DNA from: an uncultured Formosa sp. | GTDB lineage: Bacteria; Bacteroidota; Bacteroidia; Flavobacteriales; Flavobacteriaceae | Assembly: GCF_947500765.1 (NCBI RefSeq) | Contig: NZ_CANMTH010000011.1 | Location: 14,968-78,967 of the forward strand | DNA length: 64,000 nucleotides | Direction of reading: 5' to 3' | Shown here: in pieces, positions 38,321-49,692 of the stretch | Numbering within the stretch: position 1 is the stretch's first letter | Layout: each line of letters starts with the position of its first letter | Made by a program: the position numbers and the translations under genes | Notes under the pieces: model-generated | Told to the model about the DNA's origin: nothing | Databases searched by the model: none | What the model saw: only the letters and a program-made list of their open reading frames with translations

Positions 38321-40696
38321 TTATTTTACAAGAATTTTTTTATGAATACTATTCCCTAAATGGTCTAAAACAGTAATAATATGTTGTCCTATATTTAAAT
38401 CGATAGCGACTTCATTAAAATTAGTCGTCGTTTTTAAAAACGTATCATCCAAATACCAATACAAAGTCGCATTGGCATCATTATGAGCTATTTTAAAAAT
38501 CACTTTATTACGTTCGCCAGAAACTCCTTTAGGCACTATAATGGTATTGGTATTTACTGGTTCTGAAAAAGCCATAACAGTTGTTACTTCTCCTTTACAA
38601 CCTTCTCTTAGAGGAGGTACCGTTTTATAATCTACATTATTTTTCTTGTAATACCATGCCATTAAAGGCGGTAAAATAAATTGAGAAACAGTATTTATAT
38701 CACTAAGTTTTTCACAAGACGTATTGACTTGATACGTTTTTGTTTTATCTAAATGAATTAATTTATGATACTTACATAATGACGTTTCTAAACCTTTAGC
38801 AGGTATTTTTTGCAGTGTACTCGGACAAATATCACTAGCTAATTGTCCGCTTTTAGTACATATTTTAGCATCAATTAAATCATCATAAGGCGTAGAAAAC
38901 CATTCCGATTTTGGTAGTATGTCAAACACATCAAACATTACCGGTGCAGCAGCACTAGTACCTGTTACGCCAGGTCTTCCTTCTCCATCAGCATTTCCTA
39001 CCCAAACACCTACCACATAATCTTTAGTGACACCAACACTCCAAGCATCTCTATTTCCATAACTCGTTCCTGTTTTCCATGCAATTTCTTGTGCAGAATT
39101 ATAATAACGCCAAGAATTATCTATACTCGGTCTATTGAGTTCTTTCATCGCTTCAAAACCAAAATAAATACTACCTGCGTTAAGATGAGATTTATTAAAA
39201 GTTAAGGCTCCTAAATCAGCATTAAATTCTTTGTTATAATTGGGGTGTTGAAATTCTTTTAAATAATACTGACTAGAATTTGAATTAAAATGCACAAGAG
39301 TTGAGGCTAGATTACTATATGCACCACAAATATCCCATAAATTACCTTCTGCTCCTCCAAGTATTAATGACAGCCCGTAATGATCTGCTCCTTTATTAAT
39401 ATTTGATATTGAGAGTGATTGTAAATCATCATAAAACCGCGTTATGCCATATGAATATAACATTCTTACAGCGGGAATATTAAGTGATTTTGCTAAAGCC
39501 AATTTTGCTGAAACGGCACCTAAATATTTTAGAGTAAAATTTTCAGGTTTATAATTACCAATTGTTGTTGGAACATCTGGCAATATGGTTTCGGGTAACA
39601 GCTCTCCGGCATCTAACATAGACATATATAAAAAAGGCTTTAAAATACTTCCTGTACTTCTTGGAGCCGTAATTATATCGACATCTTTATGGTGTTCTTT
39701 AGTTGTATATGTATTTCCTATATAGCTTATTACTTTTTTAGTTTTTACATCTAAAATAAGAACAGCCATATTATATACTCCATTTTGAGATTGTAGTGTG
39801 TAATGTTTATTTACTATTTGTAGTGCTAATTTTTGTACAGCAAGATCTATTGATGTTTTTACGCGTTCTCCACTATTTTTTTTTGCTACCTTTTGTAATA
39901 AATGAGGCGCTAGTTGAGGTAAATTTTTAGGTTTGGTTGGGATTTCTTCTTCTATAGATAAATTATAAGTAGTTTGATCGATAATATGAGATTCTAGTAA
40001 CTTCTTTAATAATCGATTTCGTTTTTGTAAAAGTAAGTCGGCATTTTTTCCTGGATATAATAAACTTGGAGCATTTGGTAATACTGCAAGCATAGCACTT
40101 TGTCCCCATGATAATTTTGTAGGAGCAACATTAAAATACCGCCACGAAGCAGCTTCTAAACCAACCACATTACCACCATAAGGCGCATGTGAAACATACA
40201 TTTTTAAAATTTTATCCTTTGAAAATTTAAATTCTAATCTTGTTGCTAAAATTAACTCTTTAAATTTTTCAAAGTATGATCTTTTATGTCCCTGTCTAGA
40301 AAGTCTTATTACTTGTTGGGTTATTGTACTTCCTCCTCTTACAGTTTTTTTTGCTTTTATATTGGCTTTAAAAGCATTGAACATGGATACAGGGTTAAAA
40401 CCTGGATGCTTATAAAAATGTTCGTCTTCAAATTGAACGATGCAGTATTTAAATTTATCAGGAACAGCATCTAAATCAGGAAACCGCCATTGTCCGTCAC
40501 TAGCTATTAATGCCCCCAATAATTCACCATCTTTACTTTCTATTAGGGTTGAGTTGGGCGTAATAAACAGTTTTTCAGGAAGACAAAACATATAACATAG
40601 GCTTAAAACAACTATTAAAAATGTCTTAAACCTATGTTTTTTTAAATATATTTTAAGCTTAACTAAGCCTTCATTTATTCTATTACTTGTACCCAT
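38321..40696 (-). CDS. pbpC: Penicillin-binding protein 1C
   Basis: Transglycosylase FEDEHF, GGSTITQQ; transpeptidase STGSILKP, SLN, KTGTS; C-terminal BiPBP domain. Confidence 0.93.
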   Translation of the reverse strand: MGTSNRINEGLVKLKIYLKKHRFKTFLIVVLSLCYMFCLPEKLFITPNSTLIESKDGELLGALIASDGQWRFPDLDAVPDKFKYCIVQFEDEHFYKHPGFNPVSMFNAFKANIKAKKTVRGGSTITQQVIRLSRQGHKRSYFEKFKELILATRLEFKFSKDKILKMYVSHAPYGGNVVGLEAASWRYFNVAPTKLSWGQSAMLAVLPNAPSLLYPGKNADLLLQKRNRLLKKLLESHIIDQTTYNLSIEEEIPTKPKNLPQLAPHLLQKVAKKNSGERVKTSIDLAVQKLALQIVNKHYTLQSQNGVYNMAVLILDVKTKKVISYIGNTYTTKEHHKDVDIITAPRSTGSILKPFLYMSMLDAGELLPETILPDVPTTIGNYKPENFTLKYLGAVSAKLALAKSLNIPAVRMLYSYGITRFYDDLQSLSISNINKGADHYGLSLILGGAEGNLWDICGAYSNLASTLVHFNSNSSQYYLKEFQHPNYNKEFNADLGALTFNKSHLNAGSIYFGFEAMKELNRPSIDNSWRYYNSAQEIAWKTGTSYGNRDAWSVGVTKDYVVGVWVGNADGEGRPGVTGTSAAAPVMFDVFDILPKSEWFSTPYDDLIDAKICTKSGQLASDICPSTLQKIPAKGLETSLCKYHKLIHLDKTKTYQVNTSCEKLSDINTVSQFILPPLMAWYYKKNNVDYKTVPPLREGCKGEVTTVMAFSEPVNTNTIIVPKGVSGERNKVIFKIAHNDANATLYWYLDDTFLKTTTNFNEVAIDLNIGQHIITVLDHLGNSIHKKILVK

Positions 40697-43600
40697 TGTC
40701 CTTTTGTACGTGCAAAGAAATCATTATCATACATTGCTTCAACTTGCATACCAGGCAAATAATAGCTTCCTAAGTAGGACGCATTAAGCAAGACTTTAAA
40801 GCTTTTCGTTTCATTAGACTTTAAATCAAAGTAATAATTAACTCTATCGTCTCGTACATCTTCATAGGTAATGTTACTGTTTCTAGAATTATTAAGATTA
40901 AACCTTGTATTTATAATTTCCCATCCAGAAGGAAACAAAGCACTTAAAGCAACATCATTTACAGCTAATTGCTTATTATTTTTCAGGGTAATATTTGCAA
41001 CGAAATTAGTGCCTTGCTGAATTTTATTGACATCAATAGTTTTGCCAGATCTATCTGTAAAACTCATAGTCACCGAAATATTTTTCTCAATAACCTTTTC
41101 ATTTCCTATTGGTAAAATCCCACTATTTAATAATCGAACGTAAACAATATTATCTTTATTATTCTTAATTTCAATAGTATTCTTACCCGAATTTACATTA
41201 AAATGATCTAGAACTATAGCTTTATCAGAATTTACAGTTTCTTGTTTTTTACCATTAAATTTATAACTCATACGTATACCATCGTCACCAATAAACTTAG
41301 CATATTTAGACATGGCTAAAAGGCAATACGACGTAGTTTGCGTACTCATATAGGTTTCACTTGTTAATGATGAAGCAATAATATCAGCAATTTCTTTTGC
41401 TTTTAATTCGTCATCTAACACAATATAAGTTTCTAAAAACATCGCTAGGTTTCTTAATTCAGAACCATAATTATTTTCATTTTTAGCCGCAATTTCTAAA
41501 TCGCCATAAGAACTATAATCAGCTATTAATGCTTTAGCTACCTCTTTTTTACCTGTTATGGCATAAGTTGCGGCAAGCCTTAACTTCGCTAAAGCATTTA
41601 ATTGCCCTTGAAGCGCAAGCTCTCTTAGCCTATTCATTGATGATTTGTCTGGATTTCTAGCCAATGCCAGTGTATATAAACGATAGGCTTGAGCTAATTG
41701 ATTACCGTTAGAACTCCAGCCTTCTGAAGCTTTCTTTTGATAATTTATCCACTTCGTTTTAAAGTCAATAGGAAGTACAAACCCTTTTTTCTCTGCTTCC
41801 AGGAAAAAATGTCCGACATAACTTGTAGACCAATCGTTTACAGTATTCTGATTTTGCCAATACGAAAAACCACCACTTGATTTCTGAAATTTTGATAATC
41901 TATCAATAGCAGATTCTATATTTTTTTGAGTGTCTTCTTTTTTATCCTCAGATATTTTAAAAACATCATTTAAATATAATTGAGGAAAAGCACCAGATGT
42001 TGTTTGCTCTACACAACCATGAGGATATGCAATTAAATATTGTAATCTACCTGTAAAATCTATAGATTGAAAACTAGACAATTCTAACTGTGCTTTATTC
42101 GTATCAATAACTCCAAACGTATTAAAATCTAAAGTTTGTGATGCGTTAGGTTGTAATACAATATCTACAGCTTCAATACTTTCTGGATTTGGATTAAAAG
42201 CATTTAATTCTAAATTATAAGACGCCTGTTCTCCATGGCCACTAACTTTAACATCTATTTTTCCAACCCCTTCTTTAAGCACTTCTACATCAAAATAAGC
42301 CATTTTTTCGTCTGGACTAGCATATGTAATTGTTTTAGAAGATGCGCCAATAACTTTAAAAATATCATTTGACGTAATAGATACTTTTACTGTTTTAATT
42401 TTGTTTTCTAAAGCAAAAACAGTGATTGGAATTCTAACCTTTTCTCCAGGAACTACTTTTCTTGCCATAGATGCTAAAACCATTAATGGTTTTCTAACAG
42501 GTGTGGCTTTTCCTGCACTTCCATAAGCTTCTGTTTCTGGGTTATGAGCAACCACCATTGTTTTAACAGAACCAATATATTTAGGTATTTTAATACGATG
42601 TGTCTTACTGCCATTTTTATCTAATTGAAAAGGGCCTTTATAAATAACGACAGGCTTAAACCTATTTGCTTTCTGATTTTTACTACCAGCAAGCATACCG
42701 TCACCACCAATACTAAATACCTGATTAATGTTTCCCCCAAAAGCGCCTATAATCTCATCGTACACATCCCATGTTTTTACACCTAAGGCTTCTTTTTTAT
42801 AGAATGTAGACCAAGGGTCCGGTGTTTTAAATCGTGTAAGGTCTAATAAACCTTCATCGACAATAGCAATAGAATACGTCATCGCTTTTCCGTTTTCTTC
42901 ACTAATTTTCACGGTAACTTCTTCCTCCGGCTCTAAAACATCTGGCATATTTATTACAGGCTGAAGCTTTGTTTCTGGATTTTCTATAGCTATACCTGTA
43001 ATACCATACATTCTAATTGGTAAATCATTTTTTGTATTATTATGATTTTGCAATAAACTAATGTTTATAAACACATTAGGTGTCATCTCTTTAGTTATAG
43101 GCAATTCAAATTTAGTATCGCCTTTACTTGCCTTAACCCAAAATCCTTTAAGAACTCCTGTTCCATTTTCTAAGGTTACCAATGCTCTACCAGAACCAGA
43201 TGAAGGAAATGTAACTGTTGCTTTTTCTCCGACTTGATATTTGTCTTTATCTGTAGAAAATGAAAGCATCGTTGCAGAAGACGGATCTCCTTTTCTTGCC
43301 TTTCCAGCCCAACCTGGCCAATCTACAAATATCATTTTAGCTGTTGAATGTCCAGATTCTTGATTTGTAACGTATACTAAATAACGTCCCCATTCTGGAT
43401 ATTTCAATTCAAATTCAAATGTTCCCTTTCCGCTAGCATCTGTAGAAACTTGTGTGGTAAATTCTTCGTTTTTACTAGAACTTGTATCAAAAGAGGATAA
43501 GTTATCTTCATCTTCATTCCACCACCAATTACTATTGACCTTATAGATCGCTACTTTTAATTTTTTTACGGCTTTTGGTTTTCCATAAGCATCAACCGTA

Positions 43601-46200
43601 GCCACTTCAAACTTATGTTTTGTATCGGTAAGTAACATATTTCTTGAAGCGTCTCCTTTTGGGGTAAGTAACCCCACATAAGATGTATACGATGCATAAT
43701 TTACGGCAAAAGCATCTGAACTAAAATCGCCTCCTTCTTCATATACTTTAGATAGAAATGTGGCTCTTAAAAGTCCCGCAGGACTGTTTTTTGTATTGGG
43801 TTTAAATGTAAATTGCGCTTTACCACTTTGATTTACCTTACCATCGAAAACAACTTTATCTTGAGAGGTAAACGTTTTTGTTGGATCATCGAACTCAAAA
43901 CCAGGAAATGCTTTAAATTCCGTTTTAATAGGATTAAAACTTACTGTTATGTCTGCTTTTAAATCTTTAGCAATGGCGCCATGTAACCACAAAGCCTCAA
44001 GATTTCCTTGTACTAATTTATTGGCAGTAATTAAATCTTCATCCAGAGACGTTTTAATTTTTAGCCTATTAGGTTTTATCGTTTCTATTTTTAAGACTTT
44101 AGTAAAATTAGCACCTCCAACACTTACTTTCGCCATCCAAGACCCCGTATAATCATCTGGATCTGTTGGAACCCTAAAGCGATAAAAATTATTTAAACCT
44201 TGCGTACTTATTTCTGAAAAATATAAGTTTCCATATGGATTAAAAACTTCTAATTTAACAGGATGATTCTTTGGTAATTTATTGTTTTTATCATTTAACA
44301 TAAATGATAAGTGAATGGTATCTCCAGGTCTCCAAACCCCTCGTTCTCCATAGATAAACCCTTTTAAACCACGCTTTAATTCGGCTCCAGAAACATCAAA
44401 CTTACTCACCGACAAAGCCTTACCATCATTTAATCTCACATATGTACTAATTTTATTTTTAGTAACAATTACAAAATAAGCTTTAGCACCCGCAGAAAAA
44501 GTTAATTTCCCTTCACTGTCTGTATTTTGACGACCAATTAATTGTTGTTGGTAATTATAAAACTTCACGTCTGCATCTGCAATTGGATTTGTATTTACAA
44601 TATCACTAGCCGCAATAAAATATGTATGTTTCTTACCTTCTTTTACAATGACTCCAATATTAGATGCTAAAATATTTGAGCTAACCTTTTTATTGACATA
44701 GTATGAATTTTCACATGGATTATCTGAATCTCTCCAACTATAATCTTCATAATAATACGAAGAATCCCAATTACTAAATTCAGCTTCTTCTTGATCATAA
44801 TTAGTAATTTCTTCTTCTATAAGGTCATCATCTTCATTCTCACATTTATAATTTGAATCGCTTTTTTTAAAGCTGAGTTCTACTCTGTAAATTGCTCCAG
44901 GATCAGGATTTATAATTTCTTTTAAATCTACAGAATAGGCCTTCCAGTTAGAAAGATCCTCGCCAGAACCACTTAAATTAATTGTTTTTTTAGCTATAGG
45001 TCTAGCGACTCTTAAAAGTTCGTCACTACCACCTAAATCGTTGTTTTGTAAAAACTGTAGTACATTGTCTTCAAAAATTTTAATGATTGTAACATCGACA
45101 GCTTTTAGGCTAACCGCTTCAAAATTAAATTTTAAGTTTTCTGAATTGGGAAGTATGGTTCCGTTTTGTAATAATCTTACTTGTGGTTTTATTTCTTCAA
45201 AAGTAATAGCTTGTGTTACATTACTTTTTAATGCATTTCCATAACTACTTTTTACACTTCTGTGTATAGTAAGCTTTTTAGTGTCTTTAATATCGTTAAC
45301 ATACACTTTAACACTATTATTGTTCGTCGAAAAAGAAAGGTTGTATTCACCTTCTATAGTTATTAAACCATCTAAATTTTGATTACTATTAACAGGATCT
45401 GAGAAGTTAATTTCTACGTATTTACTCTCTTCATCAAATACATTTATACTAATGACTTTAAAATTATTTTTCCCTGGTATTTCGTAAGTATAATCACCTT
45501 TCGTATCAATATCAAAATTACTTCCATCCCATTCTATTTCTATTTCAGAATCCTTTTCAAAACGTTGAATACTATCTATTTTAAACTTGAAATATTTACC
45601 ATCACTATTCTCATTTTCTATTTTAACAGGTAAAATTTTGCCATTTTGTTTTACTCTAACTATTTTTTTTGCGGTTGATGTTAAAATATCATCACTTGAT
45701 TTTATAATACCATTTAAGTATTGCCAATCTCTTGAATAGCTTTGCAGGTTATTTGTATTGACTTGAAAGTCTTGTTTTATGGTTTTAACATCGAAAATAA
45801 ACGTCTTAAATTCACTACTAACATCTTGTAATGCTCCTAAATCTAACTCGAAAGTATATCGCGTATCAGAATCAAATCTTTCATTAGGGATAAAGGCAAT
45901 CGTTCTATTATTAAGCGCCATTACTTTCCCCGGAATTTTAGGGGAAATAGTAAGAATACTATGATCTAACTCTACCTCTGAAGACACATCCTTCATGGGA
46001 TTAATTAGAACAATCTTAATGTGATCTTTGGTTGAAATGACTCCTGATGAAACTTCAAAAATATGATCTTTAAACTTTTGAATATTACTTAAGGACACGC
46101 TAGCTTTATCATCACATCCTACAAATAATATAAAACAGATAAATAATAATAAAGACGTATTTTTTTTAGTTAGCATATTTTTATATAAATATTTAAACAA
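40675..46200 (-). CDS. Bacterial alpha-2-macroglobulin (YfhM-like) lipoprotein
   Basis: Lipobox FVGC, RGVWRPGD, thioester motif YPHGCVEQ, YLPGMQVEAMY. Confidence 0.93.
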   Translation of the reverse strand: MFKYLYKNMLTKKNTSLLLFICFILFVGCDDKASVSLSNIQKFKDHIFEVSSGVISTKDHIKIVLINPMKDVSSEVELDHSILTISPKIPGKVMALNNRTIAFIPNERFDSDTRYTFELDLGALQDVSSEFKTFIFDVKTIKQDFQVNTNNLQSYSRDWQYLNGIIKSSDDILTSTAKKIVRVKQNGKILPVKIENENSDGKYFKFKIDSIQRFEKDSEIEIEWDGSNFDIDTKGDYTYEIPGKNNFKVISINVFDEESKYVEINFSDPVNSNQNLDGLITIEGEYNLSFSTNNNSVKVYVNDIKDTKKLTIHRSVKSSYGNALKSNVTQAITFEEIKPQVRLLQNGTILPNSENLKFNFEAVSLKAVDVTIIKIFEDNVLQFLQNNDLGGSDELLRVARPIAKKTINLSGSGEDLSNWKAYSVDLKEIINPDPGAIYRVELSFKKSDSNYKCENEDDDLIEEEITNYDQEEAEFSNWDSSYYYEDYSWRDSDNPCENSYYVNKKVSSNILASNIGVIVKEGKKHTYFIAASDIVNTNPIADADVKFYNYQQQLIGRQNTDSEGKLTFSAGAKAYFVIVTKNKISTYVRLNDGKALSVSKFDVSGAELKRGLKGFIYGERGVWRPGDTIHLSFMLNDKNNKLPKNHPVKLEVFNPYGNLYFSEISTQGLNNFYRFRVPTDPDDYTGSWMAKVSVGGANFTKVLKIETIKPNRLKIKTSLDEDLITANKLVQGNLEALWLHGAIAKDLKADITVSFNPIKTEFKAFPGFEFDDPTKTFTSQDKVVFDGKVNQSGKAQFTFKPNTKNSPAGLLRATFLSKVYEEGGDFSSDAFAVNYASYTSYVGLLTPKGDASRNMLLTDTKHKFEVATVDAYGKPKAVKKLKVAIYKVNSNWWWNEDEDNLSSFDTSSSKNEEFTTQVSTDASGKGTFEFELKYPEWGRYLVYVTNQESGHSTAKMIFVDWPGWAGKARKGDPSSATMLSFSTDKDKYQVGEKATVTFPSSGSGRALVTLENGTGVLKGFWVKASKGDTKFELPITKEMTPNVFINISLLQNHNNTKNDLPIRMYGITGIAIENPETKLQPVINMPDVLEPEEEVTVKISEENGKAMTYSIAIVDEGLLDLTRFKTPDPWSTFYKKEALGVKTWDVYDEIIGAFGGNINQVFSIGGDGMLAGSKNQKANRFKPVVIYKGPFQLDKNGSKTHRIKIPKYIGSVKTMVVAHNPETEAYGSAGKATPVRKPLMVLASMARKVVPGEKVRIPITVFALENKIKTVKVSITSNDIFKVIGASSKTITYASPDEKMAYFDVEVLKEGVGKIDVKVSGHGEQASYNLELNAFNPNPESIEAVDIVLQPNASQTLDFNTFGVIDTNKAQLELSSFQSIDFTGRLQYLIAYPHGCVEQTTSGAFPQLYLNDVFKISEDKKEDTQKNIESAIDRLSKFQKSSGGFSYWQNQNTVNDWSTSYVGHFFLEAEKKGFVLPIDFKTKWINYQKKASEGWSSNGNQLAQAYRLYTLALARNPDKSSMNRLRELALQGQLNALAKLRLAATYAITGKKEVAKALIADYSSYGDLEIAAKNENNYGSELRNLAMFLETYIVLDDELKAKEIADIIASSLTSETYMSTQTTSYCLLAMSKYAKFIGDDGIRMSYKFNGKKQETVNSDKAIVLDHFNVNSGKNTIEIKNNKDNIVYVRLLNSGILPIGNEKVIEKNISVTMSFTDRSGKTIDVNKIQQGTNFVANITLKNNKQLAVNDVALSALFPSGWEIINTRFNLNNSRNSNITYEDVRDDRVNYYFDLKSNETKSFKVLLNASYLGSYYLPGMQVEAMYDNDFFARTKGQWVQVIE

Positions 46201-46262
46201 ATTTATAAAAAAATACTTGTTAAAATTTTATTAATTCTAATAAAAAAGATCCAATAAATAGC

Positions 46263-46298
46263 AAAAAAAAACCTGAGTCTTAGACTCAGGTTTTTTTT
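46263..46298 (-). terminator. acnB terminator
   Basis: AAAAAAAACCTGAGTC-TTA-GACTCAGGTTTTTTTT. Confidence 0.85.
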
Positions 46299-46317
46299 AT
46301 GACTAGTAGTATATCAA

Positions 46318-49095
46318 TTATACAGACAACAACTTACTTGAAGGCTTAAACTTCGTTAAGTTGATACCTTCTACAGCTTCTTGATACTCTGCTAAATTAG
46401 GTGTTCTTCCTAAGATTGTAGATAATACGACAACTGGAGTTGAAGATAATAAAGACTCCCCTTTTTTCTCTCCAGAATCCTTAACCACACGTCCTTGGAA
46501 TAAACGTGTAGATGTTGCCATTACGGTATCTCCAGGTTCTGCCTTTTCTTGGTTCCCCATACAAAGGTTACATCCTGGACGTTCTAAGTACAACATGTTT
46601 TCGTATCCTGTACGCGCTACTGCCTTTGGATCGTTATCGTCGAATTCGAAACCTGAATACTTCACTAAAACATCCCAATCGCCTTCTGCTTTTAATTCAT
46701 CAACAATATTGTAAGTTGGAGGCGCAACAACTAAAGGCGCTTTAAACTCAACTTTCCCTTGTTGTCTCTCAATGTTTTTCAACATTTGAGCTAATATTTT
46801 CATATCACCTTTATGTACCATACAAGATCCTACGAAACCTAAATCTACTTGTTTCGTTCCTCCGTAAAAAGATAATGGTCTAATTACATCATGTGTATAA
46901 CGTTTAGAAACATCGTCGTTATTTACATCTGGATCTGCAATCATTGGTTCAACGATTTGATCTAAATCTACGACTACTTCTGCTTCATACTTCGCATTAG
47001 CATCTGGTCTTAACGCTGGTTTAATTCCAGTTTTAAGTTCTGTAATTCTAGTTTCTGCTTTTTCAACTAAACCTTTAAGTACTTGACCTGCATTATCCAT
47101 TCCTTTATCAATCATGATTTGGATACGCCCTTTAGCTATTTCTAAAGATTCAATTAACGTTTCATCTTCAGAGATACAGATAGACGCCTTAGCTTTCATT
47201 TCTGCAGTCCAATCTGTAAATGTAAAGGCTTGATCGGCAGTTAATGTTCCAATGTGAACCTCGATGATTCTACCTTGGAATACGTTTTCTCCACCAAATT
47301 GCTTTAACATTTGTTGTTGTGTAGCGTGCACCACATCACGGAAATCCATATACGATTTCATTTGTCCTTTAAACGTTACTTTTACAGACTGTGGAATTGG
47401 CATTGAAGCCTCACCTGTAGCTAATGCTAAAGCCACGGTACCTGAATCTGCTCCGAAAGCCACACCTTTAGACATACGTGTGTGAGAATCTCCACCAATA
47501 ATGATGTCCCAATCTCCTACTGTAATATCGTTAAGTACTTTATGAATAACATCCGTCATTGGGAAATATTTCCCTTTAGGATCACGACCAGTAATTAAAC
47601 CAAAGTCGTTCATGAATTTCATTAATCGCGGTATGTTTGCTTTAGATTTATTATCCCAAACAGATGCTGTATGACACCCTGATTGGTAAGCGCCATCTAC
47701 AATTGGAGAAATTACTGTAGCAGCCATCATTTCTAATTCTTGAGATGTCATTAAACCTGTAGTATCTTGAGACCCTACAATGTTAACTTCTACACGCACG
47801 TCTGAACCAGCATGTAATACTTTCCCTGGCGTTGTTCCTACGGCATTTTTGTTGAATATTTTTTCAACAGCTGTAAGTCCTTGTCCTTCAATAGAAATTT
47901 CTTTTGATGGTGCATATACTGGCACAACATCTACCCCTAATATTTTAGAAGCAACGGTTTGTAATTTCTTACCGAATACCACTGCGTAAGATCCACCTGC
48001 TTTCATAAACTCCATTTTTTGTGGTGTAAATGCTGCAGAAATATCTTTTAATACGGTATCGCCGTTATATAATTTTTTCTCTTTTGTATTAATAGTAAGT
48101 ACCGTTCCTGTTGCCACAGAGTACTCTTCTTTTAAGATAGGTTCGCCTTCTTCGTCACGAATTGTGTTTCCGTCTGCATCTTTTTGTTGCAACCAGTTTT
48201 TAAGATCTAAACCAATACCTCCTGTTACACCAACTGTAGTTAAGAAAATTGGTGAAATTCCGTTTGTTCCAGCAATTACTGGTGCAATATTGATAAATGG
48301 CACATACGGGCTGGCTTTAATACCTGTCCATAACGCCACGTTATTTACACCTGACATTCTAGAAGACCCCACCCCCATTGTTCCTTTTTCGGCAATTAAC
48401 ATCACACGTTTATCTGGATGTTGTGCTTGTAAGGCTTTTAATTCTGCTTGTTGTTCTTTATTATGTTCGAATAAACACTGACCGTGTAATTCTCTATCTG
48501 AACGTGAGTGTGCATCACCACCTGGAGATAATAAATCTGTTGAGATATCACCAACTCCTGCGATAAATGTTACCACGTCTATTTTTTCGTCTATTTCTGG
48601 AAGCTTAGTAAAAAATTCTGCTTTCGCATAGCTTTCTAATAAGTCTTTAGCTACAGCATTTCCTTCTTGGTATGCGTTTTCTAAACGTGCAGTATCTGCA
48701 TCGTAAAGAAATACTTGCGTTTTTAAAACTTCAGCAGCTTCTTTTGCTAAAGTCGCATTAGCACCTAAAGCTAAATCTAATAATACTTCTATAGAAGGTC
48801 CACCCTTCATGTGAGATAATTGTTCTAATGCAAAAGCAGGCGTAATTTCTTTAACTACAGACTCACCAAGGATAATTTCTTTTAAAAACTTAGCTTTTAC
48901 ACTAGCAGCAGCAGTAGTTCCAGGTAACACATTATAGATAAAAAAGTTAAGAGAGTCTTCTCTATATTCATTATCTAAATCTTTAATCTGTGCTATGATT
49001 TCGCTTAATAATGCAGCACCATCAATAGGTTTTGGATGAAGCCCTTGACCTTTACGATCTTCGATCTCCTTGATGTAATCTTTATAAGTAGTCAT
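46318..49095 (-). CDS. acnB: Aconitate hydratase 2 / 2-methylisocitrate dehydratase
   Basis: HEAT-like N-terminus, GVGSSRMS, QDTTG, GDSHTR, GSCM, PGCNLCMGNQ. Confidence 0.96.
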   Translation of the reverse strand: MTTYKDYIKEIEDRKGQGLHPKPIDGAALLSEIIAQIKDLDNEYREDSLNFFIYNVLPGTTAAASVKAKFLKEIILGESVVKEITPAFALEQLSHMKGGPSIEVLLDLALGANATLAKEAAEVLKTQVFLYDADTARLENAYQEGNAVAKDLLESYAKAEFFTKLPEIDEKIDVVTFIAGVGDISTDLLSPGGDAHSRSDRELHGQCLFEHNKEQQAELKALQAQHPDKRVMLIAEKGTMGVGSSRMSGVNNVALWTGIKASPYVPFINIAPVIAGTNGISPIFLTTVGVTGGIGLDLKNWLQQKDADGNTIRDEEGEPILKEEYSVATGTVLTINTKEKKLYNGDTVLKDISAAFTPQKMEFMKAGGSYAVVFGKKLQTVASKILGVDVVPVYAPSKEISIEGQGLTAVEKIFNKNAVGTTPGKVLHAGSDVRVEVNIVGSQDTTGLMTSQELEMMAATVISPIVDGAYQSGCHTASVWDNKSKANIPRLMKFMNDFGLITGRDPKGKYFPMTDVIHKVLNDITVGDWDIIIGGDSHTRMSKGVAFGADSGTVALALATGEASMPIPQSVKVTFKGQMKSYMDFRDVVHATQQQMLKQFGGENVFQGRIIEVHIGTLTADQAFTFTDWTAEMKAKASICISEDETLIESLEIAKGRIQIMIDKGMDNAGQVLKGLVEKAETRITELKTGIKPALRPDANAKYEAEVVVDLDQIVEPMIADPDVNNDDVSKRYTHDVIRPLSFYGGTKQVDLGFVGSCMVHKGDMKILAQMLKNIERQQGKVEFKAPLVVAPPTYNIVDELKAEGDWDVLVKYSGFEFDDNDPKAVARTGYENMLYLERPGCNLCMGNQEKAEPGDTVMATSTRLFQGRVVKDSGEKKGESLLSSTPVVVLSTILGRTPNLAEYQEAVEGINLTKFKPSSKLLSV

Positions 49096-49692
49096 AAATA
49101 AATAATATTTTTTTTGTCAATATTAAATTAGTGTAAGTTTATAAAACTGTAATTAGTATATAAATTTTATTTCCCTATTTACATAATAAGGAGTAAGTCG
49201 TTTCTTTATTTGTTTCTTAACAGTCCATGTAATCTGCAACGAAATCGATATAATAATTTTGTCGTAATTATACATTTTTTTAATGCCTTGCCTTCTCTAA
49301 AACAAAACGTGAGGCACTAACATACATTTTTGTCTTAATTAAGGATACTGTTTAACACTATAGAGATCAAATGATAGACAACACCTTTGAGAAAACTTTG
49401 CAAACATAAAAAATTTAATGCAAAGTTGTTAAAAGAAAACTTGTAATACAATACACAATGATATTAAATTGTTATAGTGTTATCAATTTTAAGAATATCC
49501 ACAATTAAATCTAATTTTTAGAGAAATACCTGTTAATTATTTAAAATAAACCGATAAAACAATTAGAAATTATGAATATTATAATTTATTTATAATCTTT
49601 TCAAAAACTAAAAGTTTTAAAATTAAAAAGGGGTGAAACTGTCATGCGTTTTAACACAATAGAACGCTTACTTTAAAATTACAAATAGAATA

